The notes beneath the pieces were generated by a model, which saw only the letters and a list, made by a program, of their open reading frames with translations, searched no databases and was not told where the DNA came from. Below are positions 47,235 through 58,500 of a DNA stretch of 64,000 nucleotides, one piece after another. The DNA is taken from NCBI GenBank assembly GCA_001796515.1, contig MGMS01000009.1:28054-92053 (forward strand). Direction: 5' to 3'. This DNA is from Chloroflexi bacterium RBG_13_51_36 (GTDB lineage Bacteria; Chloroflexota; Dehalococcoidia; GIF9; AB-539-J10). A program made the position numbers and the translations under genes. Positions within the stretch are counted from its first letter, which is position 1. The number at the start of each line of letters is the position of its first letter.

Positions 47235-48632
47235 CTACTTCCGGTATTTGGGAAGGTACTTCTTGATGAAGTCTTCTTTGATTAATTTCAAGTCTTCTTC
47301 AGGCAGTGCTGAAAATAGCCCCCAGGCGGTATCCAGGGTGTTTTCTACCGTTCTTTTCTCCGACTCGCCTTGAGATATGAATCTTCTCTCGAACTCATCC
47401 GCGGCAGTCAGATATATCTTGTCCCTTTCACCCAGTGCCTCAGCACCTATAATGGTGGATATCTCCCTGAGATAACATCCTTCAGCATAGGCAGCATAGG
47501 ATTGCATGAAGACGTTATTGTGGTCCTCCCTGGTCTTACCCGGCCCGATCCCCTCCTTCATCATTCGGGAAAGCGACAAGAACACGTCTATTGGCGGGTA
47601 TATCCCTTTTCTTTCCAGATTCCGGGAAAGGACGATCTGTCCCTCGGTTATATAGCCGGTAAGATCGGGTATGGGATGCGTTATATCATCGTCAGGCATG
47701 GTTAGTATGGGCATTATGGTTACCGAGCCTTCTTTGCCAGAAATCCTGCCTGCCCTCTCATACATCGTAGCCAGGTCAGTGTACATGTAACCGGGATACC
47801 CTCTTCTTGAGGGTATCTCTTCGCGCATGGAAGAGAGTTCGCGGAGAGCTTCGCAGTAATTGGTCATGTCGGTGAGTATAACCAGCACGTGCATATGCTG
47901 TTTCCAGGCCAAGTATTCGGCTGCGGTTAAAGCCAGCCTTGGTGTTGATATTCGCTCGATAACAGGGTCTGACGCGGTATTAATGAAGGCCACAGTTCTC
48001 TCCAGCGCGCCCGTCCTCTCGAGATCTCTCATGAAGAAAGAGGCATCATCGTAACTGATGCCAATCGCGGCAAATACCAAGGCGAATCTTTCTTCCTTGC
48101 CCTTCACGGTTGCCTGTCTGATTACTTGAGCCACAATTCGGTTATGAGGTAGGCCCGAGCCGCTAAATATGGGCAATTTCTGTCCTCTAACCAGTGCGTT
48201 TAGGCCGTCTATCGCCGAGATTCCCGTTTCGATAAACTCCGCTGGAGGCTCGCGGAGTGCGGGGTTCATAGGCTCACCGTTAATATCCAGGTAATCTTCG
48301 GGAATCAGCCGGGGCCCTCCGTCTATTGGCTCTCCCATCCCGTTGAATATCCTTCCTAAAATATCGTTAGAGACTGGCAATTTTAGAGTTTCGCCTTTGC
48401 ACCTTATCGTGCTTCCCACGAGGTCCACTTCACTGACGCCGCCAAATACCTCGACTATAGTTGCATCCTCACTGATATCTATTGCTTGACCGCTTTTCAC
48501 CTCGCCGTTGCCAAGCCGAACATCGACCATCTCATTGAATTGTATGCCAGGTATGCTTTCAGCTATGAGCAAAGCCCCCTTAGCTTTGCTGATCGCCCTT
48601 CCTTCTTTAACGTAAAGTGAGGAGAAATCCAT
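47235..48632 (-). CDS. atpB: A/V-type ATP synthase subunit B
   Basis: 465 aa. Non-catalytic nucleotide-binding fold with 'SGSGLPHN' and '[22 protein letters not shown]'. Confidence 0.9.
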   Translation of the reverse strand: MDFSSLYVKEGRAISKAKGALLIAESIPGIQFNEMVDVRLGNGEVKSGQAIDISEDATIVEVFGGVSEVDLVGSTIRCKGETLKLPVSNDILGRIFNGMGEPIDGGPRLIPEDYLDINGEPMNPALREPPAEFIETGISAIDGLNALVRGQKLPIFSGSGLPHNRIVAQVIRQATVKGKEERFALVFAAIGISYDDASFFMRDLERTGALERTVAFINTASDPVIERISTPRLALTAAEYLAWKQHMHVLVILTDMTNYCEALRELSSMREEIPSRRGYPGYMYTDLATMYERAGRISGKEGSVTIMPILTMPDDDITHPIPDLTGYITEGQIVLSRNLERKGIYPPIDVFLSLSRMMKEGIGPGKTREDHNNVFMQSYAAYAEGCYLREISTIIGAEALGERDKIYLTAADEFERRFISQGESEKRTVENTLDTAWGLFSALPEEDLKLIKEDFIKKYLPKYRK

Positions 48633-48649
48633 AAAAACCCTCCTTTTTG

Positions 48650-50401
48650 TCAGGGAACGCGCTTACCAGTCACCAAGCTCTGTTCCATCTCCGACCACAA
48701 TTCCTTGACTTTCTGTTCAAAATCCTCATTGGGTATATCCTTCATCCTGGATATTCTGTAGACCATTGCTGATGAGCGGATGCTCTCCATGCCTGCCCCC
48801 GAATTTAGCATCTCCTGAGTGAGTTCATAAAACTTCATTATAGTTTTGAGCATGAGGCCGGCTTTGGCTGGCGCACAGTAAGTGTCGACTTCGTTATAGG
48901 CGCTTTGCTGGAGAAAATCCTCGCGAATCATCCTGGCGGTAAGAAGCAATAATTTGTCTCCTTCGGGTAAAGCTTCGGGACCCACGAGTCTCACAATTTC
49001 CTCCAGCTCAGCCTCCTGCTGCAATATTCTCAAGGCACCAGCCCTGGTATGTTCCCAGCCTGGATCATGTTCATTCCACCAATCCTTTACTGCATCTACA
49101 TAGAGGCTGTAACTGGTGAGCCAGCTTATGGCAGGGAAATGCCTCTTGTTTGCTAGCGAAACATCCAAGGCATACAAAGCATCTATTATTCTGAGTGTAT
49201 TTTGAGTTACCGGTTCACTGAAGTCAGCCCCTGGGGGACTTACGGCACCAGCTACTGTCACCGAACCTTCTCTTTCAGGACTTCCCAGGCACTTGACCAT
49301 TCCTGCTCTTTCATAAAAAGAAGAAAGGCGAGAGCCCATATACGAAGGGAAGCCTTCCTCCCCTGGCATTTCCTCCAGTCTTCCGCTCATCTCCCTCATG
49401 GCTTCAGCCCATCTCGAAGTTGAATCAGCAACCAGCAGAATGTCGTAACCCATGTCCCGAAAGTACTCGGCCATAGTTATGCCAACAAAAATACTTGCCT
49501 CCCTGGCCACAACAGGCATGTTAGAGGTGTTTGCTATAAAGATCTCTTTCTCCTGTAACAGTCTTCCCGTGTTAGGGTCCTTGAGTTCTCTAAAGCTACT
49601 GAGCACGTCTGCCATCTCGTTACCCCTCTCGCCGCAGCCAACATAGATGTTCAGATGTGTCTGAGCCCACCTGGCCAGCTGCTGCAGGGCAACGGTTTTT
49701 CCAGTACCAAATCCGCCGGGTATCGAAGCCTTGCCCCCAAGAGCTAAAGGGAACATGTAATCCAGAATTCGCATGCCGGTAGTGAGCAAGCCCGAAGGAT
49801 CGGACCTCTGCTTATAGGGTCTGGGCTTTCTCACTGGCCACTCTTGCATCAACGTGAGTTCTTTTACTTCTCCATTGTACTCTACCCAAGCTACCGGCTC
49901 TTCAACAGTGTAGTCGCCCTGGCGTATCTCCTTTATCTTGCCTTTGATCCCCAACGGCACCATAATTCTGTGTTCTACGAGATTAGTCTCGGGCACCGTT
50001 CCTATTATGTCTCCCTGACTAACAGCATCCCCGGCCTTCACTTTAGGTGTGAACTGCCATTTTTTGTTGCGGGGAAGGGCCGAAGCTTTGGCGCCACGTT
50101 TTATGAACGGACCAATATTCTCACCCAGCGTTAGTAGAGATTTTTGTAGGCCATCGTAAATAGAACCCACGAGCCCGGGACCCAGCTCCGCACTTAGCAC
50201 TCTTCCCATTCCTCTCACCACCTCGCCCACCTTCAACCCCAGAGTATCCTCATGTGCTTGGATTATCGCCTTGGTTCCCTCCAGTCCCACTATCTCCCCG
50301 ACAAGCCCTTCCTCGCCTATCTCGACAACTTCATAAACCTGAGCGCCTTTCATATCATCGGCGATAACCAGAGGACCAGAAACTCTCCATATTTTGCCCA
50401 T
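48650..50401 (-). CDS. atpA: A/V-type ATP synthase catalytic subunit A
   Basis: 583 aa. Walker A 'GGFGTGKT', 'non-homologous region' insert, '[16 protein letters not shown]'. Confidence 0.9.
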   Translation of the reverse strand: MGKIWRVSGPLVIADDMKGAQVYEVVEIGEEGLVGEIVGLEGTKAIIQAHEDTLGLKVGEVVRGMGRVLSAELGPGLVGSIYDGLQKSLLTLGENIGPFIKRGAKASALPRNKKWQFTPKVKAGDAVSQGDIIGTVPETNLVEHRIMVPLGIKGKIKEIRQGDYTVEEPVAWVEYNGEVKELTLMQEWPVRKPRPYKQRSDPSGLLTTGMRILDYMFPLALGGKASIPGGFGTGKTVALQQLARWAQTHLNIYVGCGERGNEMADVLSSFRELKDPNTGRLLQEKEIFIANTSNMPVVAREASIFVGITMAEYFRDMGYDILLVADSTSRWAEAMREMSGRLEEMPGEEGFPSYMGSRLSSFYERAGMVKCLGSPEREGSVTVAGAVSPPGADFSEPVTQNTLRIIDALYALDVSLANKRHFPAISWLTSYSLYVDAVKDWWNEHDPGWEHTRAGALRILQQEAELEEIVRLVGPEALPEGDKLLLLTARMIREDFLQQSAYNEVDTYCAPAKAGLMLKTIMKFYELTQEMLNSGAGMESIRSSAMVYRISRMKDIPNEDFEQKVKELWSEMEQSLVTGKRVP

Positions 50402-50430
50402 GTCTTTATCCTCCTACTCTTGCCATAATC

Positions 50431-50781
50431 TCAAATCTCTACTTCAAACCCTATCGATTCCCGGATGAGGGCCCTGTAATATTCCTTAGCATTCGGGTAC
50501 TTTGTACCAAATTTCGAAGGGACTTCGACAATTACGAGAGTTGTTCCCCTCTTTTTTCTAACTTGTGTCACTAGGTCTTCAACATATTGTGCGTAGTCTT
50601 CCAGCATGATTGCTATACCAACATCAGGGTCAGCCAACAGCTCGGCCAAAGCTTTCCTGGTATCTTCCCGGGCATCGTGATTACCCTTCATTGTGTAATA
50701 TTTGCTGATACCGGCCAATCGCAAGGCGTTGACCAGTTCCTCGTCTCCGATGACAGCTATATCTAGTTGTTTGGTAGACAT
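50431..50781 (-). CDS. atpF: A/V-type ATP synthase subunit F
   Basis: 116 aa. 'IAVIGDEELVNALRLAGI' Rossmann-like subunit F signature. Confidence 0.8.
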   Translation of the reverse strand: MSTKQLDIAVIGDEELVNALRLAGISKYYTMKGNHDAREDTRKALAELLADPDVGIAIMLEDYAQYVEDLVTQVRKKRGTTLVIVEVPSKFGTKYPNAKEYYRALIRESIGFEVEI

Positions 50782-50785
50782 CGCG

Positions 50786-51820
50786 TCACAGCACCAAATA
50801 GTCCTTTATCTCCTGAACGGAGCCGTCGTCAATGATTGTTTTGAGAATTAGCCGCAAGTTCCGTATTTCAACTTCTTTCAGGACTAAGTACCAGGCCATC
50901 ACCAGCGGCGACAGCACACGGGGCGACAAAATTTCCTTGAGCATCCTGAACTTATGCTTATCGATAATCTCATCAACGGCTGTGATGGTCTTGGTCCTAT
51001 CATAATTAGCGGACACTTCGTCTGCTATATCCTGATACTGGGAATCCCCCAACCTGGCGGGTATGTCCGCTATTTTAAGGGCTAGCAATTCTTTAAGCGT
51101 TTTATCCGTAATCCTATAGCCGCCAGCAATGATGAGGTCAGCAGCATCAAGTCCTATGCCTGCAATTATGGCTCTCGAGGCAATTTGTAGGTTTGTCAGG
51201 TCTATCAACAAGCCGAAGGCACTAGCGAGTACGAAGCCGTCTCTTATTCTTCTGGCCATGTTCAGGATGTTTCTATAGTACTCGCCATCCAGTTTGGCTT
51301 CAGCAGTAAACCTAGACTTTGTGCCCTTATCAACTTTGTACTGTTCCAGGGCAGGAACGTAATCTCCCAGTTTGCATTTGACAAGTAACTGGGCGATGTC
51401 AGCTGCATCCTCGGCTTTGGAAAGTGCGTCCAGCAGTCCGCTGCTGTGGATAGTACCGATAGGTATCATGCGGGCTCTTTTGCCAGTCGCAATGCCTTGT
51501 AGGGCAGCTTTGACATTTGAGACATCATATTTCACTACATATGCTTTGGATATCTTTAGTACATCTTCGGGCAGGAACTTGAATGATTCCACGTAGTCAA
51601 TGCGTTGGGCGAGATAGCGCCACAAGCATTCATCTATATCATCAAAAGTCTTGACAGACAATTCCTCCAGATAGTCTCCTATGTTGGTCTCTCTAATAAT
51701 TGCCAGAGCATCCTGAAGGTTGGACGTTGCCGTCATCCTGTCTATATGTTCAGGGGTGACAGTCTTGGCTTCCTCACCTTTCAGGCAAGCAGATATAAAT
51801 GCGTATCTTGGATTGAGCAC
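50786..51820 (-). CDS. atpC: A/V-type ATP synthase subunit C (d)
   Basis: 344 aa. All-helical. Position between E and F. Confidence 0.75.
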   Translation of the reverse strand: MLNPRYAFISACLKGEEAKTVTPEHIDRMTATSNLQDALAIIRETNIGDYLEELSVKTFDDIDECLWRYLAQRIDYVESFKFLPEDVLKISKAYVVKYDVSNVKAALQGIATGKRARMIPIGTIHSSGLLDALSKAEDAADIAQLLVKCKLGDYVPALEQYKVDKGTKSRFTAEAKLDGEYYRNILNMARRIRDGFVLASAFGLLIDLTNLQIASRAIIAGIGLDAADLIIAGGYRITDKTLKELLALKIADIPARLGDSQYQDIADEVSANYDRTKTITAVDEIIDKHKFRMLKEILSPRVLSPLVMAWYLVLKEVEIRNLRLILKTIIDDGSVQEIKDYLVL

Positions 51821-51829
51821 AACATTCCC

Positions 51830-52411
51830 TTACTGAGCCTCAAAGAGTCTCTTGCTTATCTCTGGCAACAACTTCGGTAGCAAGGTCTCAAGTCTGGTTT
51901 CGTAAGTATTATCTATTCGGAGCTTCCCCTCAACATCCTCAGCGATGACCCCTCCCATGATATTGGATTCCCTGACCTCCAATATCTTGCCGGACAATTC
52001 TCTATCTGCTGCAAGCAGCTTTTTTGCGGTAGCTACATCCTTTGGAGAGACGTAAATTCTGCCCTTGTCCGCGCCGAGTGCGTTTATGGCCTCCTTGATC
52101 AATTTCAGGAGGTGACTTTCATCGCTTGAAACTTGGGACAATTCCTGCCGCGCCCCCTCAACTATCTTGACAATTGTGCTAGCTTTCGCACTCGATAGCT
52201 GCTGCCGCGCCTTGATGGAGGCCTGAGCTAGAACTCTGGCAGCTTCCTCCTTTGCCTCTCCCAGTATCCTGTCCTTCTCTTCCGCGAGCCGCGCATCCTT
52301 TTGCTTCTTGGACTTCTCTATCTCTTCTTGTGCCTTCTTCTCAGCCTCTTGGGTTATGCTTTGGGCTTCTGCCTTCACTTTGCTTAGGACAGCTTGACTT
52401 ATTTTCTCCAT
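51830..52411 (-). CDS. atpE: A/V-type ATP synthase subunit E
   Basis: 193 aa. N-terminal long coiled-coil 'AEAQSITQEAEKKAQEEIEKSKK', C-terminal globular domain. Confidence 0.8.
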   Translation of the reverse strand: MEKISQAVLSKVKAEAQSITQEAEKKAQEEIEKSKKQKDARLAEEKDRILGEAKEEAARVLAQASIKARQQLSSAKASTIVKIVEGARQELSQVSSDESHLLKLIKEAINALGADKGRIYVSPKDVATAKKLLAADRELSGKILEVRESNIMGGVIAEDVEGKLRIDNTYETRLETLLPKLLPEISKRLFEAQ

Positions 52412-52424
52412 TTTCAGTATGTCC

Positions 52425-52925
52425 CTAGAAAAGTCCTAACAGGCTTAGCACCAATACGGTGAACACTATGCCCAATATACCCCACAGTTCAACCAGCACT
52501 GCCAAAATCATGGTGGTAGTTAGTAGTTTTCCCTTTGTCTTGGGTAAGAGCGAGATGCCTGAAGCGCAGATAACGCCCTGATATGCTGCCGAGAAACCCT
52601 CGGCGGCCGCCACGAAAATGCCGCAGCCCAGCACGGCCAGACCGTTGCCCATGGTAGTTATGTTGTCTAACACCGTGCTTATGATAAGGATAAGAATTAT
52701 GAGCCCGTAAAAGGTCTGTGTCATAGGGAGAGACGATAGCAGGATAACATTCCTAAACTGGCCGGGCTCTTCGGACAACGTGCCGGCTCCCGCGGATGCC
52801 GCTAAACCAACACCTATCGAAGAACCGGCCATGCCGCCAGCCAGTCCTATGGCCCCGCCCAGAATTGCTAATGCTGTTGGATCCAATGCCATTTCACGCT
52901 CCTTTCTAAGATTTTGCTTTGACAA
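52425..52925 (-). CDS. atpK: A/V-type ATP synthase proteolipid subunit K (c)
   Basis: Two hairpin repeats of Gly/Ala-rich TM helices ('GLAGGMAGSSIGVGLAASAGAG', 'AAAEGFSA'). The start may be an internal Met. Confidence 0.8.
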   Translation of the reverse strand: MSKQNLRKEREMALDPTALAILGGAIGLAGGMAGSSIGVGLAASAGAGTLSEEPGQFRNVILLSSLPMTQTFYGLIILILIISTVLDNITTMGNGLAVLGCGIFVAAAEGFSAAYQGVICASGISLLPKTKGKLLTTTMILAVLVELWGILGIVFTVLVLSLLGLF

Positions 52926-54897
52926 ACACGGGTCGAGTCTTCAACCGGAACGGACTGTACTCTCTGCCGCTACCCTCGTAAAACTTGAGGAGAAATTCCA
53001 CAAAACACAGCCTGAGAGAATGCACAAAACATGAGATACCGCTAAGGGCAGCATTGATTATATGGCCAACAAGCAAGATTATCACTGCCAGCACCGGGCC
53101 GGCAACGACTTGAATTGCCGCCGGCATCAAACCAGGTAATATGGTAGACATCAGATTGAAGGCGTAAGCGAGGTAATACGTAGCTAAGCCCACACCTGCC
53201 AGGCGGCAATACGACATGACATCGCCCAGGATTCCCGTCACTTCAGATAGTGAAAAAATCCCCCCCAAAAGGATGCCATTCATTCTGAGATAAGAGACAA
53301 CGATCAAGATTAAGCCCCCAGCCGCAACATATAATAGTATGGGATATGCCTGTTCCGGCAATATAGGGATATCCACGTGAAGCAGCTTATGCACAATCCA
53401 GGGGATTGCTCCAATCTCAAGCAAGAATAGGCCAATCTTACTGACCACTGTTCCCTTACTGCGTGCCTTTGCCCCCTTAATGAGCGTCAGTACATGCGCT
53501 ATGTTTACATGAATCAAACCTATGAATATTGAGAGAATTATGAACTTTATTGGATCTCCGAGCAGCGATTGAATCCACCCGGAAAGAGCCAGACTCTCAA
53601 TCCCGAAAAGCTGGACAAAATTTCCGAGGTAGCTGCCCGTAAGCAACCCAAAGACAAGACCGGCCCCGCCACTTATATAGAGCATTTTCTGAAATAGCTT
53701 AAATCCTTCGGTTTCGGGGTCGTCAACGAACTTCCTCAAGCCGCGATTAGCGAATAACAGAAGTATGGCCGAATACGCCACATCGTTCATCATCAGACCG
53801 AAGAAGAAAGGAAAGGAGTACGATATTATGGGTGTCGGGTCCCATTCCCTGTACTTGGGAACGCCAAATAGCTTTATCACGACCTGGAAAGGCCGAAGAG
53901 CAGGAAAATTCCTGAATTTGGTGGGCGGCTCCTCAATCTCCTGAGGCTTCTTGGTGTCAATGAACACATAGTCCACCTTGTCTTTAATCTGAGAAATCGT
54001 ATCCTCTGCGCTAGCCTCTGGAATCCACCCCTCGATTAGGGTAACGTATTTCGCCTCACAGGCTTTGGTCAGAACTGCCAGTCTTTCCGTTTCGGCTGAC
54101 AACGCCTCCCGAAAAAGGATAAGCGTCTTCGAATTCTCCTTCGTCTTGTTTTCAATCTCGATCTGAAGTTTTGCCAGTTCCTCTTGAAATCTATTAATGT
54201 TACTGTCGGCGGCCTGGAGAAACTCCCTGAGGGCCAAATCCTTTTCTGGTATCTGTAGAATCCTGCCGCCGCCATCCTTGACCGAAGACTCTATGGCTTC
54301 TCGATCTTCAACTCTGGCAATAGCGTAGAGGATGGTTTGGTCTTCAGTTGTGACCACAGTATTCTCAAGCAGATAGTCTCCAAGTTTAGAATATGAAGGC
54401 TCAAATAGCTCATTGGGAAACACTAAGACCCGCGAGAATAGGTAACCTCCAGAAAAACTCAAATCAATCAACTTGAAGTCAGCTTGCCGCTCCAGAGGGC
54501 GAAGACACTTACCCAGTTCTGCTAGTTCCTTAATGTTCTCGTTGAGTTTGGCTGCTATTTGATGCATCTTACCGAGCTTGGTACACAATGCCCTTACTTC
54601 GCCGTCGATTTCGCCAAGGGGTTTGGCATAGATAAGCTCCACATCTTCTCCCAGGGACACTCTTTCTCCCTTTGGCAAATAAGCTAACACATCGTTGATG
54701 TTCGTCAGTAGTTCGTTGACCTTCCTTCTTTCCCGTTCAATGGTTTCTTTGTCTACAGGTTTTAGCTCTTCGCTTTCCTCAACGTGAAGCACGCCAGCAC
54801 TATGTAGAGTTTTGAGGGTCTCTGTAGAGTAATCCTTGGGGGTCATTACCCTGACTTTAACCATGGGGTCAGGTGTATTGACGATTAGGGGTATCAT
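52906..54897 (-). CDS. atpI: A/V-type ATP synthase subunit I (a)
   Basis: 663 aa. N-terminal hydrophilic coiled-coil domain plus a C-terminal 7-8 TM domain with the conserved Arg ('SYCRLAGVGLAT'). Confidence 0.85.
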   Translation of the reverse strand: MIPLIVNTPDPMVKVRVMTPKDYSTETLKTLHSAGVLHVEESEELKPVDKETIERERRKVNELLTNINDVLAYLPKGERVSLGEDVELIYAKPLGEIDGEVRALCTKLGKMHQIAAKLNENIKELAELGKCLRPLERQADFKLIDLSFSGGYLFSRVLVFPNELFEPSYSKLGDYLLENTVVTTEDQTILYAIARVEDREAIESSVKDGGGRILQIPEKDLALREFLQAADSNINRFQEELAKLQIEIENKTKENSKTLILFREALSAETERLAVLTKACEAKYVTLIEGWIPEASAEDTISQIKDKVDYVFIDTKKPQEIEEPPTKFRNFPALRPFQVVIKLFGVPKYREWDPTPIISYSFPFFFGLMMNDVAYSAILLLFANRGLRKFVDDPETEGFKLFQKMLYISGGAGLVFGLLTGSYLGNFVQLFGIESLALSGWIQSLLGDPIKFIILSIFIGLIHVNIAHVLTLIKGAKARSKGTVVSKIGLFLLEIGAIPWIVHKLLHVDIPILPEQAYPILLYVAAGGLILIVVSYLRMNGILLGGIFSLSEVTGILGDVMSYCRLAGVGLATYYLAYAFNLMSTILPGLMPAAIQVVAGPVLAVIILLVGHIINAALSGISCFVHSLRLCFVEFLLKFYEGSGREYSPFRLKTRPVFVKAKS

Positions 54898-55211
54898 GCT
54901 GACTTTTTCCCCCTGACAATATTCACCACAAGCTCCGTAATTTCCTTCACTTTCTTGTCGGCGGCGGTTTTGATTTCAGTAGCTTCTTTCTCAGAGTCCT
55001 TGATCTTTCTATCGGCTTCCGCCTTGGCCTTACCCACAATCTTGTCGCGCTCAGTCTTTGCCTCATCGACTATCAACCGAGACGAAAGTATTCTCTTGGC
55101 TTCCTCCTTGGCTTCAAGGAGGATTTCGCCGGCTCTGGTCTTTGCCTCTGCGAGTATCTTTTCGGCTTCACCCTCCAGGGCTTCTACGCTACTGGTGATC
55201 TCTTCAGGCAT
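54894..55211 (-). CDS. atpH: A/V-type ATP synthase subunit H (G-like stator stalk)
   Basis: 105 aa, entirely charged coiled-coil (AEAK/EEAK repeats). First gene of the operon; 4-nt overlap with atpI. Confidence 0.65.
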   Translation of the reverse strand: MPEEITSSVEALEGEAEKILAEAKTRAGEILLEAKEEAKRILSSRLIVDEAKTERDKIVGKAKAEADRKIKDSEKEATEIKTAADKKVKEITELVVNIVRGKKSA

Positions 55212-55446
55212 GTCATCGCTCCTTGGTAAGAGTCTGGGCTGATACTAGACAACGCTTGTACGCAAGCTGTTTTGTAGTCGGATGGATAATCATTTCAGTG
55301 ACTGATGGTCAGCCTTATCTGTGATTATAACAGAGTAGTCGGTTTCCGCCAAGCTGATGTTTTTGATAAGAAGCCATGGCCTTCACATCCGAGAGACTTC
55401 AATGTTTGTTATTACAGTGGAATGCTTTATAATTCAACATATGAGA

Positions 55447-56142
55447 GTGCAGAAGTTGCATGGGTGGGTGGTGAGTGTTGCCCAAGCCAGGGCAATACAA
55501 TTGAACCTGGCGAGACGAGTGGCGACTGAACGCGAAGTTGTTGACCCGCGCCTCGTGGCTGGTATTGACATATCTGCTCCTGATGCTCAGGGCATAGCCA
55601 GAGGAGCAGTGGTGGTTCTCCGTTACCCTGAGCTCAGTATCTTCGAGATTGGGATTGCTGAAGGTAAGATTACATTTCCCTATATTCCTGGGCTGTTGTC
55701 CTTTCGAGAAAGCCCCTTGATTCTGGCTGCCTGTGAAAAACTATGCAGCATTCCCGACCTTGTTCTGATTGATGGTCAAGGGATTGCTCATCCCAGAAGG
55801 TTCGGGCTGGCTTCGCATGTGGGGGTCTTTCTAGATTTGCCTACTATCGGCTGTGCAAAATCCATTCTTTGTGGCCAGCATCAGCCCGTGGGAGAAGAGG
55901 TCGGCTCTCATGCTGAGTTGCTTGACAAGGGGGAGCTTATCGGAGCAGCTTTAAGGACTAAATCGGGAGTGAAGCCAATGTATGTTTCCGTTGGCCATGG
56001 AATCGACCTGGCATCGGCTTTGCAGTGGGTGATAAGGTGCTGCCGTGGTCATAGACTTCCTGAGCCCACTCGTCTAGCTCATCTCGCTGCTGGAGGGATG
56101 TTGCGCAGGGAGCCGAGTTACCAGAAAAAGTCATTAGATTAG
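55447..56142 (+). CDS. nfi: endonuclease V
   Basis: 'AGIDIS' catalytic Asp region, 'IPGLLSFRE', 'LIDGQGIAHPRRFGLASHVGV' and 'IGCAKS'. Start moved to 'MRVQKLHG'. Confidence 0.8.
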   Translation: MQKLHGWVVSVAQARAIQLNLARRVATEREVVDPRLVAGIDISAPDAQGIARGAVVVLRYPELSIFEIGIAEGKITFPYIPGLLSFRESPLILAACEKLCSIPDLVLIDGQGIAHPRRFGLASHVGVFLDLPTIGCAKSILCGQHQPVGEEVGSHAELLDKGELIGAALRTKSGVKPMYVSVGHGIDLASALQWVIRCCRGHRLPEPTRLAHLAAGGMLRREPSYQKKSLD

Positions 56143-56154
56143 GGAGTATTCAAC

Positions 56155-57253
56155 ATGCAGGAAGAGAAAGAAAAGCTAGAAGCCTTGCTTCGCCAGATCT
56201 CAGACATAATGGTGCATCTTTGACATCCCTGGCAAGGAAAGAGAGATTACTGGCATAGAGGCCGAGTCGGCCCAACCTGATTTCTGGCGCGACCCAACTA
56301 AAGCCCAAGCTAGCATGCGTGAGCTCAGGGGCAAGAAGAATCTGGTCAATGCTTGGCGAGGGATGGAGAAGAAAGCCGCTGACCTTCTGGAAATGACTGC
56401 TCTGGCTGTCGAAGAAGAAGATTACTCTCTTAAGGAAGAGATACAACTGGAACTAAAGAAGCTAGGCTCGCGGTTTGAACAGTTCGAGAGCCAGCAGCTT
56501 TTTACTGGCGATTATGATAGTCGAAATGCTATGCTCGCTCTTCATGCTGGTGCAGGCGGGACGGAGTCTCAGGATTGGGCAAACATGTTGCTCAGGATGT
56601 ACTTGAGATGGGCGGAGCGGCATGATTATGAGGCTGAGGTCTTGGATGTCTCCTCGGGAGAAGAGGCTGGTATCAAAAGCGCTATCGTCGAGATTAAAGG
56701 AGACTATGTATATGGCTATCTCAAAAGTGAACACGGGGTGCACAGGTTGGTGAGGCTGTCCCCTTTTGATGCTGACCATGCTCGCCACACATCTTTTGTC
56801 CTTGTGGAAGTCCTGCCTGAAGCAGAAGAAGCGGTGGATATCAAGATAAACCCGGAAGATTTGAGAATAGATACTTTCAGGTCCAGTGGTCCCGGCGGAC
56901 AACATATGCAAAAGACAAGCAGCGCCGTCAGAATAACTCACTTGCCTACAGGACTGGTAGCTACTTGCCAGGGTCAGCGGTCTCAGCACCAAAACAAGGA
57001 AGCTGCTCTGAAAGTTCTTTATTCTCGTCTTCTGGAACTTGACCGCAAGAAGAAAGAAGAGGAGAGGGCCAAGCTGAAAGGGGAGCGTATTGAAGCGGCT
57101 TGGGGCAACCAAATCAGGAGTTATGTTCTTCATCCCTACAAGATGGTGAAAGACCACCGCACTGATTACGAGGTTCATGATGCCGAAGCTGTGTTGGATG
57201 GAGAATTAGATGGATTCATGGCTAGCTACCTTCGGTCTAAAGTGGGGAAATGA
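56155..57253 (+). CDS. prfB: peptide chain release factor 2 with programmed +1 frameshift (join 56155..56220, 56222..57253)
   Basis: Frame 0 'MQEEKEKLEALLRQISDIMVHL' ends at the in-frame TGA within 'CTT TGA C'. The +1 frame continues 'DIPGKEREITGIEAESAQPDFWRDPTKAQ...SGPGGQHMQKTSSAVRITHLPTG'. Confidence 0.85.
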
Positions 57254-58500
57254 TTAGACGCATCGCTTTGATAACACTGGCACTTCTCGTGTTTCCGATG
57301 CCTTCACTCGTGGCAGCCGAGTCTGGCATTACAGTTATAGCCAGTCATGTAGAAGTGGATTTCCCCGGCCAGGCTGTGTTCACTGTCGAGGCCGAAAGCA
57401 ATGTTGATATTGTGAATGTTCGTCTTTATTACCAGGTGGATAAGATGAACTACGCTGAAGTGGTCAGTGAAGGTTGGGCCGATTTTGCCCCGGCAAACAG
57501 GGTAGGGGCTGATTGGGTATGGGATATGACGAATGCCAGCTTGCCCCCTGGCGCGGAAGTCACATACTGGTGGGTGATTGAGGATGCCGATGAGAATAGA
57601 GTTGAGACCTCTCCTGCGATAATGTATTTTGATGACGGTCGCTATACTTGGCAGAGCTTGACTAGTGCTGTACCGCAAGGTGGGGAGATGACCATTTTCT
57701 GGTATGAAGGTAGTAATTCCTTCGCTCAGGAATTGATGGATACTTGTGAGACAGGACTTGCCAGGTTGACCCAGGATATTGGCGCTTATCCAGACAGACC
57801 CATCAAAATATATGTTTATGCCTCCACCGGTGATTTACAGGGGGCTATGATTTTTCCTCAGGAATGGAGTGGCGGCGTTGCTTTCACTGACTTTGGCATA
57901 ATTGCCATTGGTATCCAGCAGAGTGAACTTGATTGGGGCAAGGGGGCGCTGGTTCACGAGTTGACGCATCTTATTGTTCGTCAGGCAACTTTTAGCCCTT
58001 ATGGGGAACTTCCTATCTGGCTTGACGAAGGGTTGGCTATGTACAACGAGGGCGAACTTGATCCCGCTTTTCGTTCCGCTTTGGAACAAGCTATTTTGGA
58101 AGATGAGCTTATTTCGGTGCGCAGCTTATGTAGTCCCTTTTCTGCCTATGCCGACAAAGCTCGCCTTTCCTATGCTCAAAGCTATAGCCTGGTGGAGTAC
58201 CTTCTTGATAATTATGGACAGGAGAAGATGTTGGATTTACTGACTGTTTTGAAGCAGGGTAATACCTATGACGAAGCTTTGACTGAGGTCTACGGTTTTG
58301 ACATAAATGGTCTCGACGATGGTTGGCGAGCGACCCTGGCGACCCCGGTAGTTGCAGATCAAAGGGCAGAGTCGCATTTTGCCTTGATTGCTGTGCTAGT
58401 TGCATTGGCTACAGGATTGATTCTGTGGGGCGCTCTGGCTCTCAAGAAGCGGACCAGGCGGACATCGTCTGGGGCATCGACTCTGTCGGACAAACCATGA
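57250..58500 (+). CDS. secreted/anchored zinc metallopeptidase-like protein (peptidase MA clan, HExxH)
   Basis: N-terminal signal peptide, 'HELTHLIV' zincin motif and a downstream 'DEGLAMY' Glu. C-terminal TM anchor plus a basic tail. Confidence 0.6.
   Translation: MIRRIALITLALLVFPMPSLVAAESGITVIASHVEVDFPGQAVFTVEAESNVDIVNVRLYYQVDKMNYAEVVSEGWADFAPANRVGADWVWDMTNASLPPGAEVTYWWVIEDADENRVETSPAIMYFDDGRYTWQSLTSAVPQGGEMTIFWYEGSNSFAQELMDTCETGLARLTQDIGAYPDRPIKIYVYASTGDLQGAMIFPQEWSGGVAFTDFGIIAIGIQQSELDWGKGALVHELTHLIVRQATFSPYGELPIWLDEGLAMYNEGELDPAFRSALEQAILEDELISVRSLCSPFSAYADKARLSYAQSYSLVEYLLDNYGQEKMLDLLTVLKQGNTYDEALTEVYGFDINGLDDGWRATLATPVVADQRAESHFALIAVLVALATGLILWGALALKKRTRRTSSGASTLSDKP

Noticed and set aside
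56150-56446. Apparent N-terminally truncated RF2 (the ORF track starts at 56315), which could suggest a pseudogene
   Set aside because: It is explained by the conserved +1 programmed frameshift at CTT TGA C, with a proper ATG and N-terminal peptide at 56155. It is an intact prfB.
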